DNA of 54,522 bases from the NCBI GenBank assembly GCA_031414595.1, contig JANNVX010000093.1, positions 1-54,522 of the forward strand, written 5' to 3'. Positions 39,873 through 49,749 of this stretch are shown in pieces; the first letter of the stretch is position 1; each line of letters opens with the position of its first letter. The notes under the pieces were generated by a model. The model searched no databases. It had not been told where the DNA came from and saw only the letters and a list, made by a program, of their open reading frames with translations. The translations under genes and the position numbers were made by a program. The stretch comes from Deinococcales bacterium. GTDB taxonomy: Bacteria > Deinococcota > Deinococci > Deinococcales > JAAFIG01.

Positions 39873-40349
39873 TTAGACTTCTAAACACAACGGAAACTCC
39901 GAAACGAGTTCAGAGTTCGTAAGCGTACCATTTTTATTGTAAAAAGTCATAGTACCCTGTAAGTTACAAAACCAGACTTCCCTTGCACCTTGCTCTAAGT
40001 ACAAATCTAATTTCTCGAGCATTTCGTCTTGGGTGTTACTTGGGCTGGTAATTTCAACACAAATTTCTGGGGCAACAGGAAAGGGTGTGAAGCGTTTGTA
40101 CTCTTTATAAAATTCGCTGGACATCCAAGCCACATCAGCAACTTTAACGTTTTTACGGGTCTGGATACTACACTCAGAAATACTCGAGCCAGACTTTAAG
40201 AGTTGCATCAGCAAAGAGCCAATCATCATTTGCAAAATTCCGTGCATATTTGTGGCTGGACTCATAACAATTTTGCCTTGTTCGTTGAGTTCGATTTTAT
40301 AAGGTAAATTCTGGAGTGTATGATCATTGATAACTTCTTGCCAAGTCAT
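39873..40349 (-). CDS. Uma2 family (PD-(D/E)xK) endonuclease-like protein
   Basis: ELNEQGKIVMSP, VADVAW, APEICVEITSPS, GAREVW. Confidence 0.9.
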   Translation of the reverse strand: MTWQEVINDHTLQNLPYKIELNEQGKIVMSPATNMHGILQMMIGSLLMQLLKSGSSISECSIQTRKNVKVADVAWMSSEFYKEYKRFTPFPVAPEICVEITSPSNTQDEMLEKLDLYLEQGAREVWFCNLQGTMTFYNKNGTLTNSELVSEFPLCLEV

Positions 40350-40361
40350 ACATCACCTCAA

Positions 40362-40643
40362 CTATTTGCGGTACACAATCCGACCCTTGCTTGGGTCGTA
40401 CTTAGAAATCTCGAGAACCACGCGGTCTCCCGGTAAAATCCTGATGTAATTCATTCGCATCTTGCCAGACACATAACTCAGTAACTCATGACCGCTGTCT
40501 AACTTAATCATAAAAGTGGTGTTCGGTAACGCCTCAAGTACCACACCTTCGGTGCGAATTACATCTTCGGCTTTTTCTTGGCGTTTTGCGTCTTTGGCTT
40601 CGCGTGATGCGCCCGGTTTAGAACTGCGGTTTCTTCCTGCCAT
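40362..40643 (-). CDS. infA: Translation initiation factor IF-1 (N-terminal extension)
   Basis: [31 protein letters not shown]. Confidence 0.97.
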   Translation of the reverse strand: MAGRNRSSKPGASREAKDAKRQEKAEDVIRTEGVVLEALPNTTFMIKLDSGHELLSYVSGKMRMNYIRILPGDRVVLEISKYDPSKGRIVYRK

Positions 40644-40763
40644 TTATCCTCCGTCTTGCGGGTTGTTCCCTGTTATGACAGGGTTTCCCGCCTTGACGCG
40701 GGGTATTGAAACTAGCTTAACAATTATGCCAGATATAAACGCCTACATATGTCCTCTACACTA

Positions 40764-41543
40764 CTATTTATAAACTGGACCCCAAGCAGCGCCTTTTGGT
40801 AGGGTTAGGACTCGAGGACCTTTTTCTGTAATCGCCACTGTATGTTCAATCTGAGCGCTTAAACTGCCGTCCTTGGTTTTGGCTGTCCATTTATCCTCGA
40901 GTACCACCACATCGGTGCGTCCAACCGTGACCATTGGCTCGAGCGCAAAGGTCATTCCGGGTTTTAAGACCACGCCTTTTCCGGGTTGTCCCCAATTTGG
41001 CACTTGGGGTTCTTCGTGCATTTTGCGTCCAACACCGTGTCCAACAAATTCACGTACCACCGAAAAACCAGCCGCTTCGACGGTTTTTTGAACTGCCCAA
41101 GAGACATCGCCCAATCTTCTGCCTGCTTGCGCCGCTTTAATTCCCGCCCAAAGTGCGGCATCGGTCACGACCAGTAACTTTTTGGCAATCGGAGAGATTG
41201 AACCAACACCATAAGACCTCGCGCTATCGGCAACCCAACCTTTGTAATGAAGACCAATATCCACACTGATAATATCGCCGTTGCGAAGTTTTTGACCACT
41301 TGGGATACCATGGACAATCACATCATTGATGCTCGAGTTAATCGTGGCTGGGAAACCGTTATAGCCAAGGAAAGCGGGTCTTGCCCCAAACTCGAGGATG
41401 GCATTTTCGGCGATTTCATTCAGATGCTTGGTAGTCACACCTTCGGCTACAGCCTGTTCTACAAGGTCATGGACTTTGTAAAGGATTTCGCCTGCCACAG
41501 CCATCATCTCGAGTTCATTGGCGCGTTTATAGATAATTGACAT
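40764..41543 (-). CDS. map: Methionine aminopeptidase type I
   Basis: VHGIP, DSARS, GHGVGRKMHEEP, EPM, EHT. Confidence 0.95.
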   Translation of the reverse strand: MSIIYKRANELEMMAVAGEILYKVHDLVEQAVAEGVTTKHLNEIAENAILEFGARPAFLGYNGFPATINSSINDVIVHGIPSGQKLRNGDIISVDIGLHYKGWVADSARSYGVGSISPIAKKLLVVTDAALWAGIKAAQAGRRLGDVSWAVQKTVEAAGFSVVREFVGHGVGRKMHEEPQVPNWGQPGKGVVLKPGMTFALEPMVTVGRTDVVVLEDKWTAKTKDGSLSAQIEHTVAITEKGPRVLTLPKGAAWGPVYK

Positions 41544-41545
41544 TC

Positions 41546-42106
41546 TTAAACAACTGCCTTGAGTCTAGCGTAGACTTCTTCGGGAGTGCCTGTTCCCGAA
41601 ATTGGCTTAACATGTCCACGAGCTGCATAAAAATCTATCAAAGGCTGGGTTTTTTCGAGGTAGACCTTAAAACGATTACGAATGGTTTCTGGGTTATCGT
41701 CGTCGCGTCCTTCGATTTTGGCTCGCTCGAGTAAACGCGCTACCAATTCATCTTCGGGAACTTCTAATAACGGCGCACTCGAAACTGGGGTACTCAGTTC
41801 CTCGAGCAGCATTTCTAAAGCATTGGCTTGGGCAGTGGTGCGCGGGAAACCATCAAAAATCACACGGATATTGTCCATGCTCGATAATTTTTCACGAATC
41901 ATGGCAATCACGATTTCATCCGAAACCAAGTTACCTGCCGCCATCAACGGTTCGACGATTTTACCCAAGTCCGTTCCACGGGCAATGTTATCGCGCAGCA
42001 TTTCGCCAGTGCTGAGTTGCACCAACTCGAGTTCGGCAGCAAGGCGTTTGGCTTGTGTACCTTTGCCAGCACCCGGAGGTCCTAAGAAAATGATGACTTT
42101 GTGCAT
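41546..42106 (-). CDS. adk: Adenylate kinase (short LID)
   Basis: GPPGAGKGT, DGFPRT, GRDDD. Confidence 0.96.
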   Translation of the reverse strand: MHKVIIFLGPPGAGKGTQAKRLAAELELVQLSTGEMLRDNIARGTDLGKIVEPLMAAGNLVSDEIVIAMIREKLSSMDNIRVIFDGFPRTTAQANALEMLLEELSTPVSSAPLLEVPEDELVARLLERAKIEGRDDDNPETIRNRFKVYLEKTQPLIDFYAARGHVKPISGTGTPEEVYARLKAVV

Positions 42107-42118
42107 GGATACTCCATC

Positions 42119-42155
42119 AAAAAAAAGTTTCTCGAATCACTTAAACTCGAGAAAC
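42119..42155 (-). terminator. Terminator-like hairpin with U-tract between secY and adk
   Basis: Minus strand GTTTCTCGAGTT-taagt-GATTCGAGAAAC-TTTTTTTT. Confidence 0.6.
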
Positions 42156-42162
42156 AAAGCCG

Positions 42163-43491
42163 TTATTGTTGAAAGCCGCCGCGTCCACGGAGTTTGCCTT
42201 TTTGCAGGAAACCACCGTAGTTGCGAATAGCCAGTTGCGACTCAAGTTGTTTTAAGGTGTCAAGTGCCACACCAACCACGATTAACAAGGTTGTGCCAGC
42301 CAAGGGAAAAGTCGTGACATTGGTAATGTTCTGCACCACCGTTGGAATAACTGCCAAGGCTGCTAGAAATAACGCACCCCAAAGGGTAATCCGCCCTGAG
42401 ATACGCTCGAGGTGCGACTGGGTATCTGCGCCAGGGCGAACTCCGGGGACAAATCCGCCTTGCTCGCGCAAGTTTTCGGCTACGCGCTTAGGATCGAAAG
42501 TAATGCTAGTGTAAAAATAGGTAAAACCCATAATCAACAGCACTTCAATCAACAATCCAGAGGCAGTACGGATATTTAAGAAATCAGCGACCGTTTGCGC
42601 CCACGGTGCATTTGGCAGACTTTGCGGGATAATTTGAATCACCGATAAAATCGAACTGGAGAAAATAACCGGAATCACACCAGCCGTATTGATTTTCAAG
42701 GGAATAAAACTGGCGTTGGCTGCACTGGCAGCCGCCCCACCTGCTTTAGCCGAGACTTTACGGGCGTACTGCACAGGTATTCGTCGTTCGCCTTGCTGCA
42801 CCAGAACTATAAAACCAATTACTAGCACAATCATGAAGAAGAAGAAAATAACCGCCAATAAATCAAATTGTGTTCCCATTAAAGCAAAGGTTTGTTGGAA
42901 TTCGATAGGAAAACGATGCACAATTCCAGCGAAAATAATCATCGAAATACCATTGCCAATGCCGTACTCGGTGATTCGTTCACCAAGCCACATTGTAAAA
43001 GCACAACCCGCCATTTGAGTGATGACCAAAACAAACATAAAAATGGCTGGATTCCAACCAATTTTGACAAATGTGCCTTGGCTTTGCAATAAATTGGCAA
43101 AGAAAAAGGCTTGCACCGCCGCTAAACCAATTGCCGCCATACGGGTGTATTGGTTGATGCGTTTTGAGCCTTCTGGACCTTCTTTCTGCATTTTTTCTAG
43201 GGCTGGAATCGCCGTGGTCATGATTTGCATGACAATACTGGCGGTGATATAAGGCAAGACACCAAGCGCAAAAATAGAGAATTGCTCGAGACTACCACCA
43301 CTGACCAGACCAAGCACCCCAAGTACCCCACCTAAATTACCACCTTGGAGATTATTGCTTAAACTGCTTGCATCAACACCGGGGGTTGGAATGGCTGCAC
43401 CAAGTCGGTAAACCGCCAATGCACCCAAGGTGAAAAGGATTTTCATTCGTAATTCTGGAATCTTAAAAGCATCTAAGAATGCGCGCCACAT
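42163..43491 (-). CDS. secY: Preprotein translocase subunit SecY
   Basis: SIFALGVLPYITASI, GIGNGIS, AGVIPVIF, PGVRPG. Confidence 0.97.
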   Translation of the reverse strand: MWRAFLDAFKIPELRMKILFTLGALAVYRLGAAIPTPGVDASSLSNNLQGGNLGGVLGVLGLVSGGSLEQFSIFALGVLPYITASIVMQIMTTAIPALEKMQKEGPEGSKRINQYTRMAAIGLAAVQAFFFANLLQSQGTFVKIGWNPAIFMFVLVITQMAGCAFTMWLGERITEYGIGNGISMIIFAGIVHRFPIEFQQTFALMGTQFDLLAVIFFFFMIVLVIGFIVLVQQGERRIPVQYARKVSAKAGGAAASAANASFIPLKINTAGVIPVIFSSSILSVIQIIPQSLPNAPWAQTVADFLNIRTASGLLIEVLLIMGFTYFYTSITFDPKRVAENLREQGGFVPGVRPGADTQSHLERISGRITLWGALFLAALAVIPTVVQNITNVTTFPLAGTTLLIVVGVALDTLKQLESQLAIRNYGGFLQKGKLRGRGGFQQ

Positions 43492-43513
43492 AATTTACCC
43501 CTATAAAGCATAC

Positions 43514-43543
43514 AATGCCGCGACCCAAAAGGGTTGCGGCATT
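43514..43543. other. Intercistronic hairpin between rplO and secY
   Basis: AATGCCGCGACCC-aaaa-GGGTTGCGGCATT. Confidence 0.6.
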
Positions 43544-43562
43544 TGGCTTAGTGGTTTGAGGC

Positions 43563-44030
43563 TCACGCGCCCTCGGCAGCATTGGTCACGGTAATGCTGC
43601 CTCCGGCACTTTTGACCTTTTCGATAGCAGTTGCACTGGCATTGTCCACAACAATTGTCAGGGCGGTGCTGAGTTCGCCAAAAGCCAGCAATTTAATCGG
43701 ATGATGAATCTTTTTGATTAAACGCTTAGCCACAAGGCTTTCACCATTAACAACTTCGTTAGCCGCAAAAACGCTCAGGTCAGACAGATTGACAATGTGA
43801 AATTGTTGTTTGTTTGGATTGTTAAAGCCGCGCTTTGGCAAACGGCGAATCATCGGTGTTTGACCACCTTCGGCTTTGTACGAACCACTCGAGGGTAAGC
43901 TCGAGCCAGAACGCGATTGCTGACCTTTATGTCCGCGTCCGGCGGTTTTGTCAGTTCCACCAGGTCCACGTCCAACCCGCTTTTTGCGGTGACGTGCGCC
44001 CGGATTGGGTTTGAGTTCATTGAGTTTCAT
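43563..44030 (-). CDS. rplO: 50S ribosomal protein L15
   Basis: KRVGRGPG, GRGHKGQ, EGGQTP..RRLPKRGF. Confidence 0.96.
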   Translation of the reverse strand: MKLNELKPNPGARHRKKRVGRGPGGTDKTAGRGHKGQQSRSGSSLPSSGSYKAEGGQTPMIRRLPKRGFNNPNKQQFHIVNLSDLSVFAANEVVNGESLVAKRLIKKIHHPIKLLAFGELSTALTIVVDNASATAIEKVKSAGGSITVTNAAEGA

Positions 44031-44045
44031 GTAAAAACCTCTTTG

Positions 44046-44121
44046 AGCTTCTAGCTTCTAGCTTCTGGCTTCTAGCTCTTTGTTTTTGGGCTAGTCACTA
44101 GAAGCTAGTGGCTAGAAGCTA
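44046..44121. repeat. Heptamer (AGCTTCT)n inverted tandem repeat
   Basis: agcttct agcttct agcttct ggcttct agct ... gctagtc actagaa gctagtg gctagaa gcta. Confidence 0.75.
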
Positions 44122-44286
44122 TTACTTAATCTCGAGAATAAACTTGATCGCTTCGACTTGCCCACGAGCGGCGGGGTTGTCTTGGACAGTCACGGTTTGA
44201 CCAATTTTCTTGATGCCAAGGGCTTTGGCGGCTGCCAATTGCGGCTTGGTCAGTTTAATCAGGCTACGGCGCAAAGTAATGTTCAT
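44122..44286 (-). CDS. rpmD: 50S ribosomal protein L30 (not in ORF track)
   Basis: Manual translation [54 protein letters not shown]; canonical position. Confidence 0.9.
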   Translation of the reverse strand: MNITLRRSLIKLTKPQLAAAKALGIKKIGQTVTVQDNPAARGQVEAIKFILEIK

Positions 44287-44867
44287 TGGGCAGTCTCCTT
44301 GAGTTTAGCCAAGCCCTCTTTGGTTTGTAAGCGGCTCAAGCCATCAAAAACAGCGTAAGCAACGTTTACTTTGGTACGGCTACCGAGTTCTTTACTTAAC
44401 AAATCGGTGATCCCAGCAAGTTCAGCAATGGCTCGAGGTACGCCACCCGCGATAACACCCGTACCAGCGCTGGCTGGACGAAGAATCACGTTAGAGGTGG
44501 TGTTCTTACCAATGATGTCGTGCGGGATTGTACCGTTTTGAAGCGGTACACGAATCAGATTCTTACGAGCGTTAGCGTTGGCTTTTGCAACTGCCAAAGG
44601 CACTTCTCGAGACTTACCGATTCCTAAGCCAACCCGACCATTGCGGTCTCCGACGACAACCACGGCTTGGAACTTAAAGCGGCGACCACCTTGGTAGGTT
44701 TTGGCGTTGCGCTCTAAGGAAATCATCTTTTCTTCAAATGGATCGGTGCTGCGTTCGGCTTGGTCGTTGCGACCTCTGCCGCGTTGATTGCCACCACGTT
44801 GGTTGCCGCCACCGCGTTGATTGCCACCGCGTCCGCCACCTGCATTGTTGGAGCGTTCAGAAGTCAA
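44283..44867 (-). CDS. rpsE: 30S ribosomal protein S5
   Basis: [26 protein letters not shown] start overlapping rplR stop. Confidence 0.95.
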   Translation of the reverse strand: MTSERSNNAGGGRGGNQRGGGNQRGGNQRGRGRNDQAERSTDPFEEKMISLERNAKTYQGGRRFKFQAVVVVGDRNGRVGLGIGKSREVPLAVAKANANARKNLIRVPLQNGTIPHDIIGKNTTSNVILRPASAGTGVIAGGVPRAIAELAGITDLLSKELGSRTKVNVAYAVFDGLSRLQTKEGLAKLKETAQ

Positions 44868-45198
44868 GACCACCCTCCCGCGCCGCATCCGCGAGCGCTT
44901 TTACACGACCGTGGTATTGGTACGCACCACGATCAAATACTACGGCTTTAATATTGGCGCTTAAAGCAGCTTGGGCAATGGCTGCCCCAACGGCTTTAGC
45001 AACTTCGGTTTTGTTGCCAGACTTGCTTTCCAAAGCGGCACTCGAGGCGGCGGCTAAGGTCACGCCAGCTACGTCGTCTATGATTTGGGCATAGATGTGC
45101 TTGTCGCTGCGGAAGACACTTAAACGCGGACGGCTCGAGACAGCTTTGATTTTGTTGCGGGTACGGAATGTACGACGCGTTTTGGCTGTTACGCTCAT
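44857..45198 (-). CDS. rplR: 50S ribosomal protein L18
   Basis: [21 protein letters not shown]. Confidence 0.96.
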   Translation of the reverse strand: MSVTAKTRRTFRTRNKIKAVSSRPRLSVFRSDKHIYAQIIDDVAGVTLAAASSAALESKSGNKTEVAKAVGAAIAQAALSANIKAVVFDRGAYQYHGRVKALADAAREGGLDF

Positions 45199-45752
45199 TT
45201 CTTACCTCCCTTACCACCGGCGGCTGACTTACCGGGTTTGAGGGTCAGTTGTTCGCCTTCAAAGCGCACACCTTTGCCGTGGTAGGCATCGGGCTTGCGG
45301 ACTTTACGGATGTTAGCAGTGACTTGTCCGACCAGTTGCTTGTCAATGCCATGAACCTGAATTTTGGTCTGGTCAGGTAGGACAAAGCTGATTCCAGCCG
45401 GTGGTTCGATAATCACGGGGTGGCTGTAACCAATGGCTAACTCGAGGGTCGCACCATTTAATTTGGCGCGAAAACCCACACCATGAAGCTCTAAGTTCTT
45501 TTGAAAACCAGCACTGACACCTTGGATGGCATTTGCCACCAAAGTTCGGGTTAAGCCGTGCTGAGCGCGGTGGGTGCGGCTGTCAGATGGACGGCTGACA
45601 TTAATGTTACCAGCTTCTTCTTGAATCAAAATTTCGGGATTGACTGGCACGATCAACTCGCCTTTTGCACCCTTGACTTTAACCAAACCAGCACTGATGT
45701 TGACACTTACGCCCTTGGGCAGGGCAATGGGTTGACGACCGATGCGGCTCAT
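45195..45752 (-). CDS. rplF: 50S ribosomal protein L6
   Basis: [21 protein letters not shown]. Confidence 0.96.
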   Translation of the reverse strand: MSRIGRQPIALPKGVSVNISAGLVKVKGAKGELIVPVNPEILIQEEAGNINVSRPSDSRTHRAQHGLTRTLVANAIQGVSAGFQKNLELHGVGFRAKLNGATLELAIGYSHPVIIEPPAGISFVLPDQTKIQVHGIDKQLVGQVTANIRKVRKPDAYHGKGVRFEGEQLTLKPGKSAAGGKGGKK

Positions 45753-46150
45753 TACCACACCTCGCAGATTACTTCGCCACCGATGCCACTTTTACGAGCA
45801 TCGCGGTCAACCATCAGTCCCTTAGAGGTACTGACAATACTCATGCCTAGACCAGCGTGAATCTTTGGCAAGTTGTCGGAAGTGACATATGCACGACGAC
45901 CCGGACGGCTGATACGGGTGATGCTTTTAATCACGGGTTCACGTTTCGCCCCGTACTTTAAGCCCACACGAATCACTTCAAAGCCAGTCTCGAGCTTAAC
46001 GCGCTCAACACCTTTAACGTAACCCTCTTTCTCGAGGATATGGGCGATGCGCTCTTTGAACTTAGAAGCGGGGATGTCCACCGTTTCCTTGTAGCCTCGA
46101 ACCGCGTTGCGGATTCGGGTGAGCATATCTGCGATTGGATCTGAAAGCAT
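45752..46150 (-). CDS. rpsH: 30S ribosomal protein S8
   Basis: [26 protein letters not shown]. Confidence 0.97.
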   Translation of the reverse strand: MLSDPIADMLTRIRNAVRGYKETVDIPASKFKERIAHILEKEGYVKGVERVKLETGFEVIRVGLKYGAKREPVIKSITRISRPGRRAYVTSDNLPKIHAGLGMSIVSTSKGLMVDRDARKSGIGGEVICEVW

Positions 46151-46379
46151 TTTTGCTTCTCCTGTTGGTCAGCTTCAACTCATTTCTCGAGTTCAAACCG
46201 TTTTCTAGCTTCGCGGGTGGTATCGGATGAATCCAACCGACCATCCCCGCACCGACTCGAGACCCTGCTGCTAGGCTTGAACCTCTAGCACGTTTGTACC
46301 CAAGTTTTTGAATTCTCGAGAAACCTCGAGCAGTAGAGTGTACTCTATTTTTAGGCTTGGACGGGAGTCTTTTGCCCTG

Positions 46380-46515
46380 TTAGTTAGTAGCTGCTAGTTA
46401 TTAGCTACTAGCTTTTTGTCTTGGTTTCTAGCTTTTGATCACCCACAAGTGTTTTGCAATCTTGCAACCAACCACCATGAAAATGTTTTAAGCTATCAAC
46501 TAGAAGCTAGTCGCT
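46380..46515. repeat. Degenerate heptamer (CTAGCT-core) repeats downstream of rpsN
   Basis: tagttagtagctgctagttattagctactagct ... agctatcaactagaagctag. Confidence 0.55.
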
Positions 46516-46519
46516 TCTC

Positions 46520-46789
46520 TTACCAACTTGCTTTGGTCACACCGGGTAATTCGCCCTTGTGGGCTTTTTCGCGCAGCACAATACGGCTAAGTCCAAAGAA
46601 GCCAACATAACCACGAGGACGACCTGTTTCGGAGCAGCGATTGCGAAGACGAACTGGACTGGCGTTACGAGGAATGCTTTGCAAACCAACGTAGTCACCG
46701 GCGGCTTTCATAGCAGCGCGTTTAGCGGCGTACTTTTTGACCAGCACTTCGCGTTGTTTTTGACGGGCTTTTTTTGATTGAATTGCCAT
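46520..46789 (-). CDS. rpsN: 30S ribosomal protein S14, 89-aa zinc-free type
   Basis: [39 protein letters not shown]; only one Cys. Confidence 0.95.
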   Translation of the reverse strand: MAIQSKKARQKQREVLVKKYAAKRAAMKAAGDYVGLQSIPRNASPVRLRNRCSETGRPRGYVGFFGLSRIVLREKAHKGELPGVTKASW

Positions 46790-46801
46790 AGGTCTCCTGA
46801 T

Positions 46802-46828
46802 GTGGGGTGAGGCATGCCTCACCCCTAC
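46802..46828 (-). repeat. GTAG-type REP-like palindrome
   Basis: Minus strand GTAG-GGGTGAGGCATGCCTCACCC-CAC; perfect 22-bp dyad 46804-46825. Confidence 0.6.
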
Positions 46829-46830
46829 GG

Positions 46831-47376
46831 TTATTTTTTGAACGGAAAGCCTAAGCCCTCGAGCAGGGCGCGACCTTCTTCGTCATTCTTGGCGGTGGTG
46901 ACGACTGTAATGTCAAATCCACGGGTTGCATCTACCATTTCGTAAGTAATTTCCGGGAAAACCATTTGTTCTTTGATACCGAGGTTGTAGTTACCACGTC
47001 CGTCAAAGCTATTTGGATTGACTCCACGAAAATCACGAATACGCGGCAAAGCGATGTTCAAGAGTTTCTCGAGAAAAGTGTACATTTTTTCGCCCCGAAG
47101 CGTGACTTTTAAGCCAACGTTTTGACCAGCACGGAGCTTAAAGTTTGAGACGCTTTTCTTGGACTTGGTGATAATCGGCTTTTGCAGCGTAATGATTGCC
47201 ATGTCTTTTTGGGCTTTCTCGAGCAATTTGGAATCGTCTTTAGCTTCGCCGATACCTTGGTTGACCACGACTTTGACAAGGGCGGGGACTGCCATTGGGC
47301 TGGTGTAACCAAAGCGTTTCATCATGTCCTCGCGGACAGTGGTTTGATAAGTGGTTTTTAATCTCTGCATTGCCAT
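46831..47376 (-). CDS. rplE: 50S ribosomal protein L5
   Basis: [24 protein letters not shown]. Confidence 0.96.
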   Translation of the reverse strand: MAMQRLKTTYQTTVREDMMKRFGYTSPMAVPALVKVVVNQGIGEAKDDSKLLEKAQKDMAIITLQKPIITKSKKSVSNFKLRAGQNVGLKVTLRGEKMYTFLEKLLNIALPRIRDFRGVNPNSFDGRGNYNLGIKEQMVFPEITYEMVDATRGFDITVVTTAKNDEEGRALLEGLGFPFKK

Positions 47377-47381
47377 AGGAC

Positions 47382-47696
47382 TCACCTGCTCTCTTCGATG
47401 GTGACATTACTCTTTTTGGAGACACGCACCTTCTTACCATTGATTACTTTATGGGCAATGCGGGTTGCTTTGCCCTCAGAATCCACAACCATGACCTTAC
47501 TGGCATGAATCGGTGATTCAAACTTGGTAAAACCACCGGTACGGTTGGTTTCGGTTGGCTTGACTGCCTTGGTGACGATGTTGACACCTTCAACTAGAAC
47601 AGTTTCTTTATTCGGCAAAACTTTTAAGATTTTTGCCACTGTACCACGGTCTTTGCCGCGCAGCACTTTTACGGTGTCGCCAGTCTTGACGTGCAT
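47382..47696 (-). CDS. rplX: 50S ribosomal protein L24
   Basis: [27 protein letters not shown]. Confidence 0.96.
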   Translation of the reverse strand: MHVKTGDTVKVLRGKDRGTVAKILKVLPNKETVLVEGVNIVTKAVKPTETNRTGGFTKFESPIHASKVMVVDSEGKATRIAHKVINGKKVRVSKKSNVTIEESR

Positions 47697-48079
47697 TACA
47701 ACACCTCCGGGGCAAGGGATACAATTTTCATGAACTTACGGTCACGCAGTTCTCGAGCAATCGGTCCGAAAACACGAGTACCACGAGGTTCACCCTCTTT
47801 GTTGATAATTACGGCGGCATTGCGGTCAAAACGAATCGCACTACCATCGGCGCGTTTAACAACTTTGCTGGTACGCACGACAACGCATTTCACAACGTCA
47901 CCTTTTTTGACTGTACCGCGAGGGGCGCATTCTTTGACGCTGGCAATAATCACATCGCCTACGCCAGCGTACTTTTGGTTGCCACTACCGCGTGACAAAC
48001 CACCCATGACGCGAAAGCACATCACTTTCTTTGCGCCAGTGTTATCGGCTACATCTAATTCTGTAAAGGATTGAATCAT
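47696..48079 (-). CDS. rplN: 50S ribosomal protein L14
   Basis: [22 protein letters not shown]. Confidence 0.97.
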   Translation of the reverse strand: MIQSFTELDVADNTGAKKVMCFRVMGGLSRGSGNQKYAGVGDVIIASVKECAPRGTVKKGDVVKCVVVRTSKVVKRADGSAIRFDRNAAVIINKEGEPRGTRVFGPIARELRDRKFMKIVSLAPEVL

Positions 48080-48081
48080 GT

Positions 48082-48330
48082 CTAGTCCTTTTTCGACTCG
48101 ACCAAACGATTAACTTTCCACGTTTTGGTCTTGCTGATTGGGCGCACGGCAATGATTTCAACGATGTCGCCTGTTTTGTATTCGTTGTTTTCATCATGCG
48201 TGGCATACTTTTTACTGCGAGTCACAACCTTGCCGTACAGTGGATGGGTAAATTTACGTTCCACTTTGACCGAGATGGTCTTGTCGGCTTTGTCGGACAC
48301 GACTGTGCCTATAAAGGTTTTAACTGCCAT
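48082..48330 (-). CDS. rpsQ: 30S ribosomal protein S17
   Basis: [24 protein letters not shown]. Confidence 0.96.
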   Translation of the reverse strand: MAVKTFIGTVVSDKADKTISVKVERKFTHPLYGKVVTRSKKYATHDENNEYKTGDIVEIIAVRPISKTKTWKVNRLVESKKD

Positions 48331-48555
48331 TTACTTCACCTTCTTTGCCAAACCAGCGCCGCGTTTTTCGGTGGCAATGGTCAGGAGTTGCGCGATTTCT
48401 TTGCGAAGAAGATTCAGTCTCGAGGTGTTGGTTACGGTACTGACAACTTTTTGAAAGCGTAGTTTCATCAGTTCTTCTTTGCGTGTTGCAACTTCCTTAT
48501 CGAGACTGGATAATTCCATCTCGCGGAAGGCTTTTAAGGACTCACTGCGCTTCAT
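48331..48555 (-). CDS. rpmC: 50S ribosomal protein L29
   Basis: [17 protein letters not shown]; canonical position. Confidence 0.92.
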   Translation of the reverse strand: MKRSESLKAFREMELSSLDKEVATRKEELMKLRFQKVVSTVTNTSRLNLLRKEIAQLLTIATEKRGAGLAKKVK

Positions 48556-48967
48556 CGTACACTTCCCTTTGGACAAACTTCGTCTTGATTGGGAGTTTAT
48601 GCCCTGCCAGACGGAAGGCTTCGCGGGCTTGTTCTTCGGTCACACCTTCAACCTCGAACATCACACGACCCGGTTTAACCACTGCCACCCAGTATTCAAC
48701 TGCACCTTTACCGCTACCCATGCGCGTTTCGGCTGGTTTTTTGGTAATTGGCTTATCTGGGAAGATGCGGATATAAATTTTACCACCACGGCGAAAGTAC
48801 CGACTCATGCTGATACGGCAGGCTTCAATGTGGTTGCTGCGAATCCAAGCAGCTTCCATCGCAACCAGACCGAAATCTCCGAAGGCGATATAATCGCCGC
48901 CTTTGGTCGAGCCGCGCATACGACCCTTCATTTGCTTGCGGAACTTCATACGTTTTGGAAGTAGCAT
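48542..48967 (-). CDS. rplP: 50S ribosomal protein L16
   Basis: [21 protein letters not shown]. Confidence 0.97.
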   Translation of the reverse strand: MLLPKRMKFRKQMKGRMRGSTKGGDYIAFGDFGLVAMEAAWIRSNHIEACRISMSRYFRRGGKIYIRIFPDKPITKKPAETRMGSGKGAVEYWVAVVKPGRVMFEVEGVTEEQAREAFRLAGHKLPIKTKFVQREVYDEAQ

Positions 48968-49749
48968 TATGCGCCTCCCTTCTCTGGACGACGAGCGCGA
49001 GCGCCTGGGCGGGTGCGATTGCCACCACCATTACGACGATCATCACTGCCACTCTTGCCACCATCTGCTCCACCCCTTGACATTGGGCGGGCGGCTGGAC
49101 GAGTACCATCTTGCTTACCAATCACTTCGCCATTAAAGACAATCACTTTAATACCGAGCTTACCGTAAGTGGTCAGGGCTTCAGCAAAACCGTAATCAAT
49201 ATCGGCACGCAAAGTGTGAAGTGGTACACGACCTTCCATGCGGGTTTCTTTACGACCTTGCTCAGCGCCACCAAGACGACCCGAAACCACGATTTTGCAA
49301 CCCTTCGCGCCGGATTCCATGACTTTTTGGATGGCTTGCTGCATCGCACGCTTATAGGCAAAACGGCGTTCGATTTGCTCGGCAATACGCTGAGCAATGA
49401 GCGGGGCGCTGGTGTTTGGATTACCAACTTCTTCGACATTGACGGCGACCGTGCTGTTATGACCAACTACGGCGGTCAAGGTATCACGCAACTTTTTGAT
49501 GTTTGCGCCGTCTTTACCGATGACCACGCCCGGCTTAGCGGCTTTAACGGTCACATTGACTTGGTGGGCTGCACGTTCGATGTTGATCGTGGCAACGCCA
49601 GCGTTATTGAGTTCTTTAGTGACCATTTTACGGATTTTGCTGTCCTCAACAATTAGTTTAGCATAATCTTTTTTGGTCGCAAACCATTTAGACAAGTGGT
49701 CTTTGTTAATCCCGATGCGTAGACCGAGTGGATTGATTTTATTACCCAT
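48967..49749 (-). CDS. rpsC: 30S ribosomal protein S3
   Basis: [29 protein letters not shown]. Confidence 0.97.
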   Translation of the reverse strand: MGNKINPLGLRIGINKDHLSKWFATKKDYAKLIVEDSKIRKMVTKELNNAGVATINIERAAHQVNVTVKAAKPGVVIGKDGANIKKLRDTLTAVVGHNSTVAVNVEEVGNPNTSAPLIAQRIAEQIERRFAYKRAMQQAIQKVMESGAKGCKIVVSGRLGGAEQGRKETRMEGRVPLHTLRADIDYGFAEALTTYGKLGIKVIVFNGEVIGKQDGTRPAARPMSRGGADGGKSGSDDRRNGGGNRTRPGARARRPEKGGA

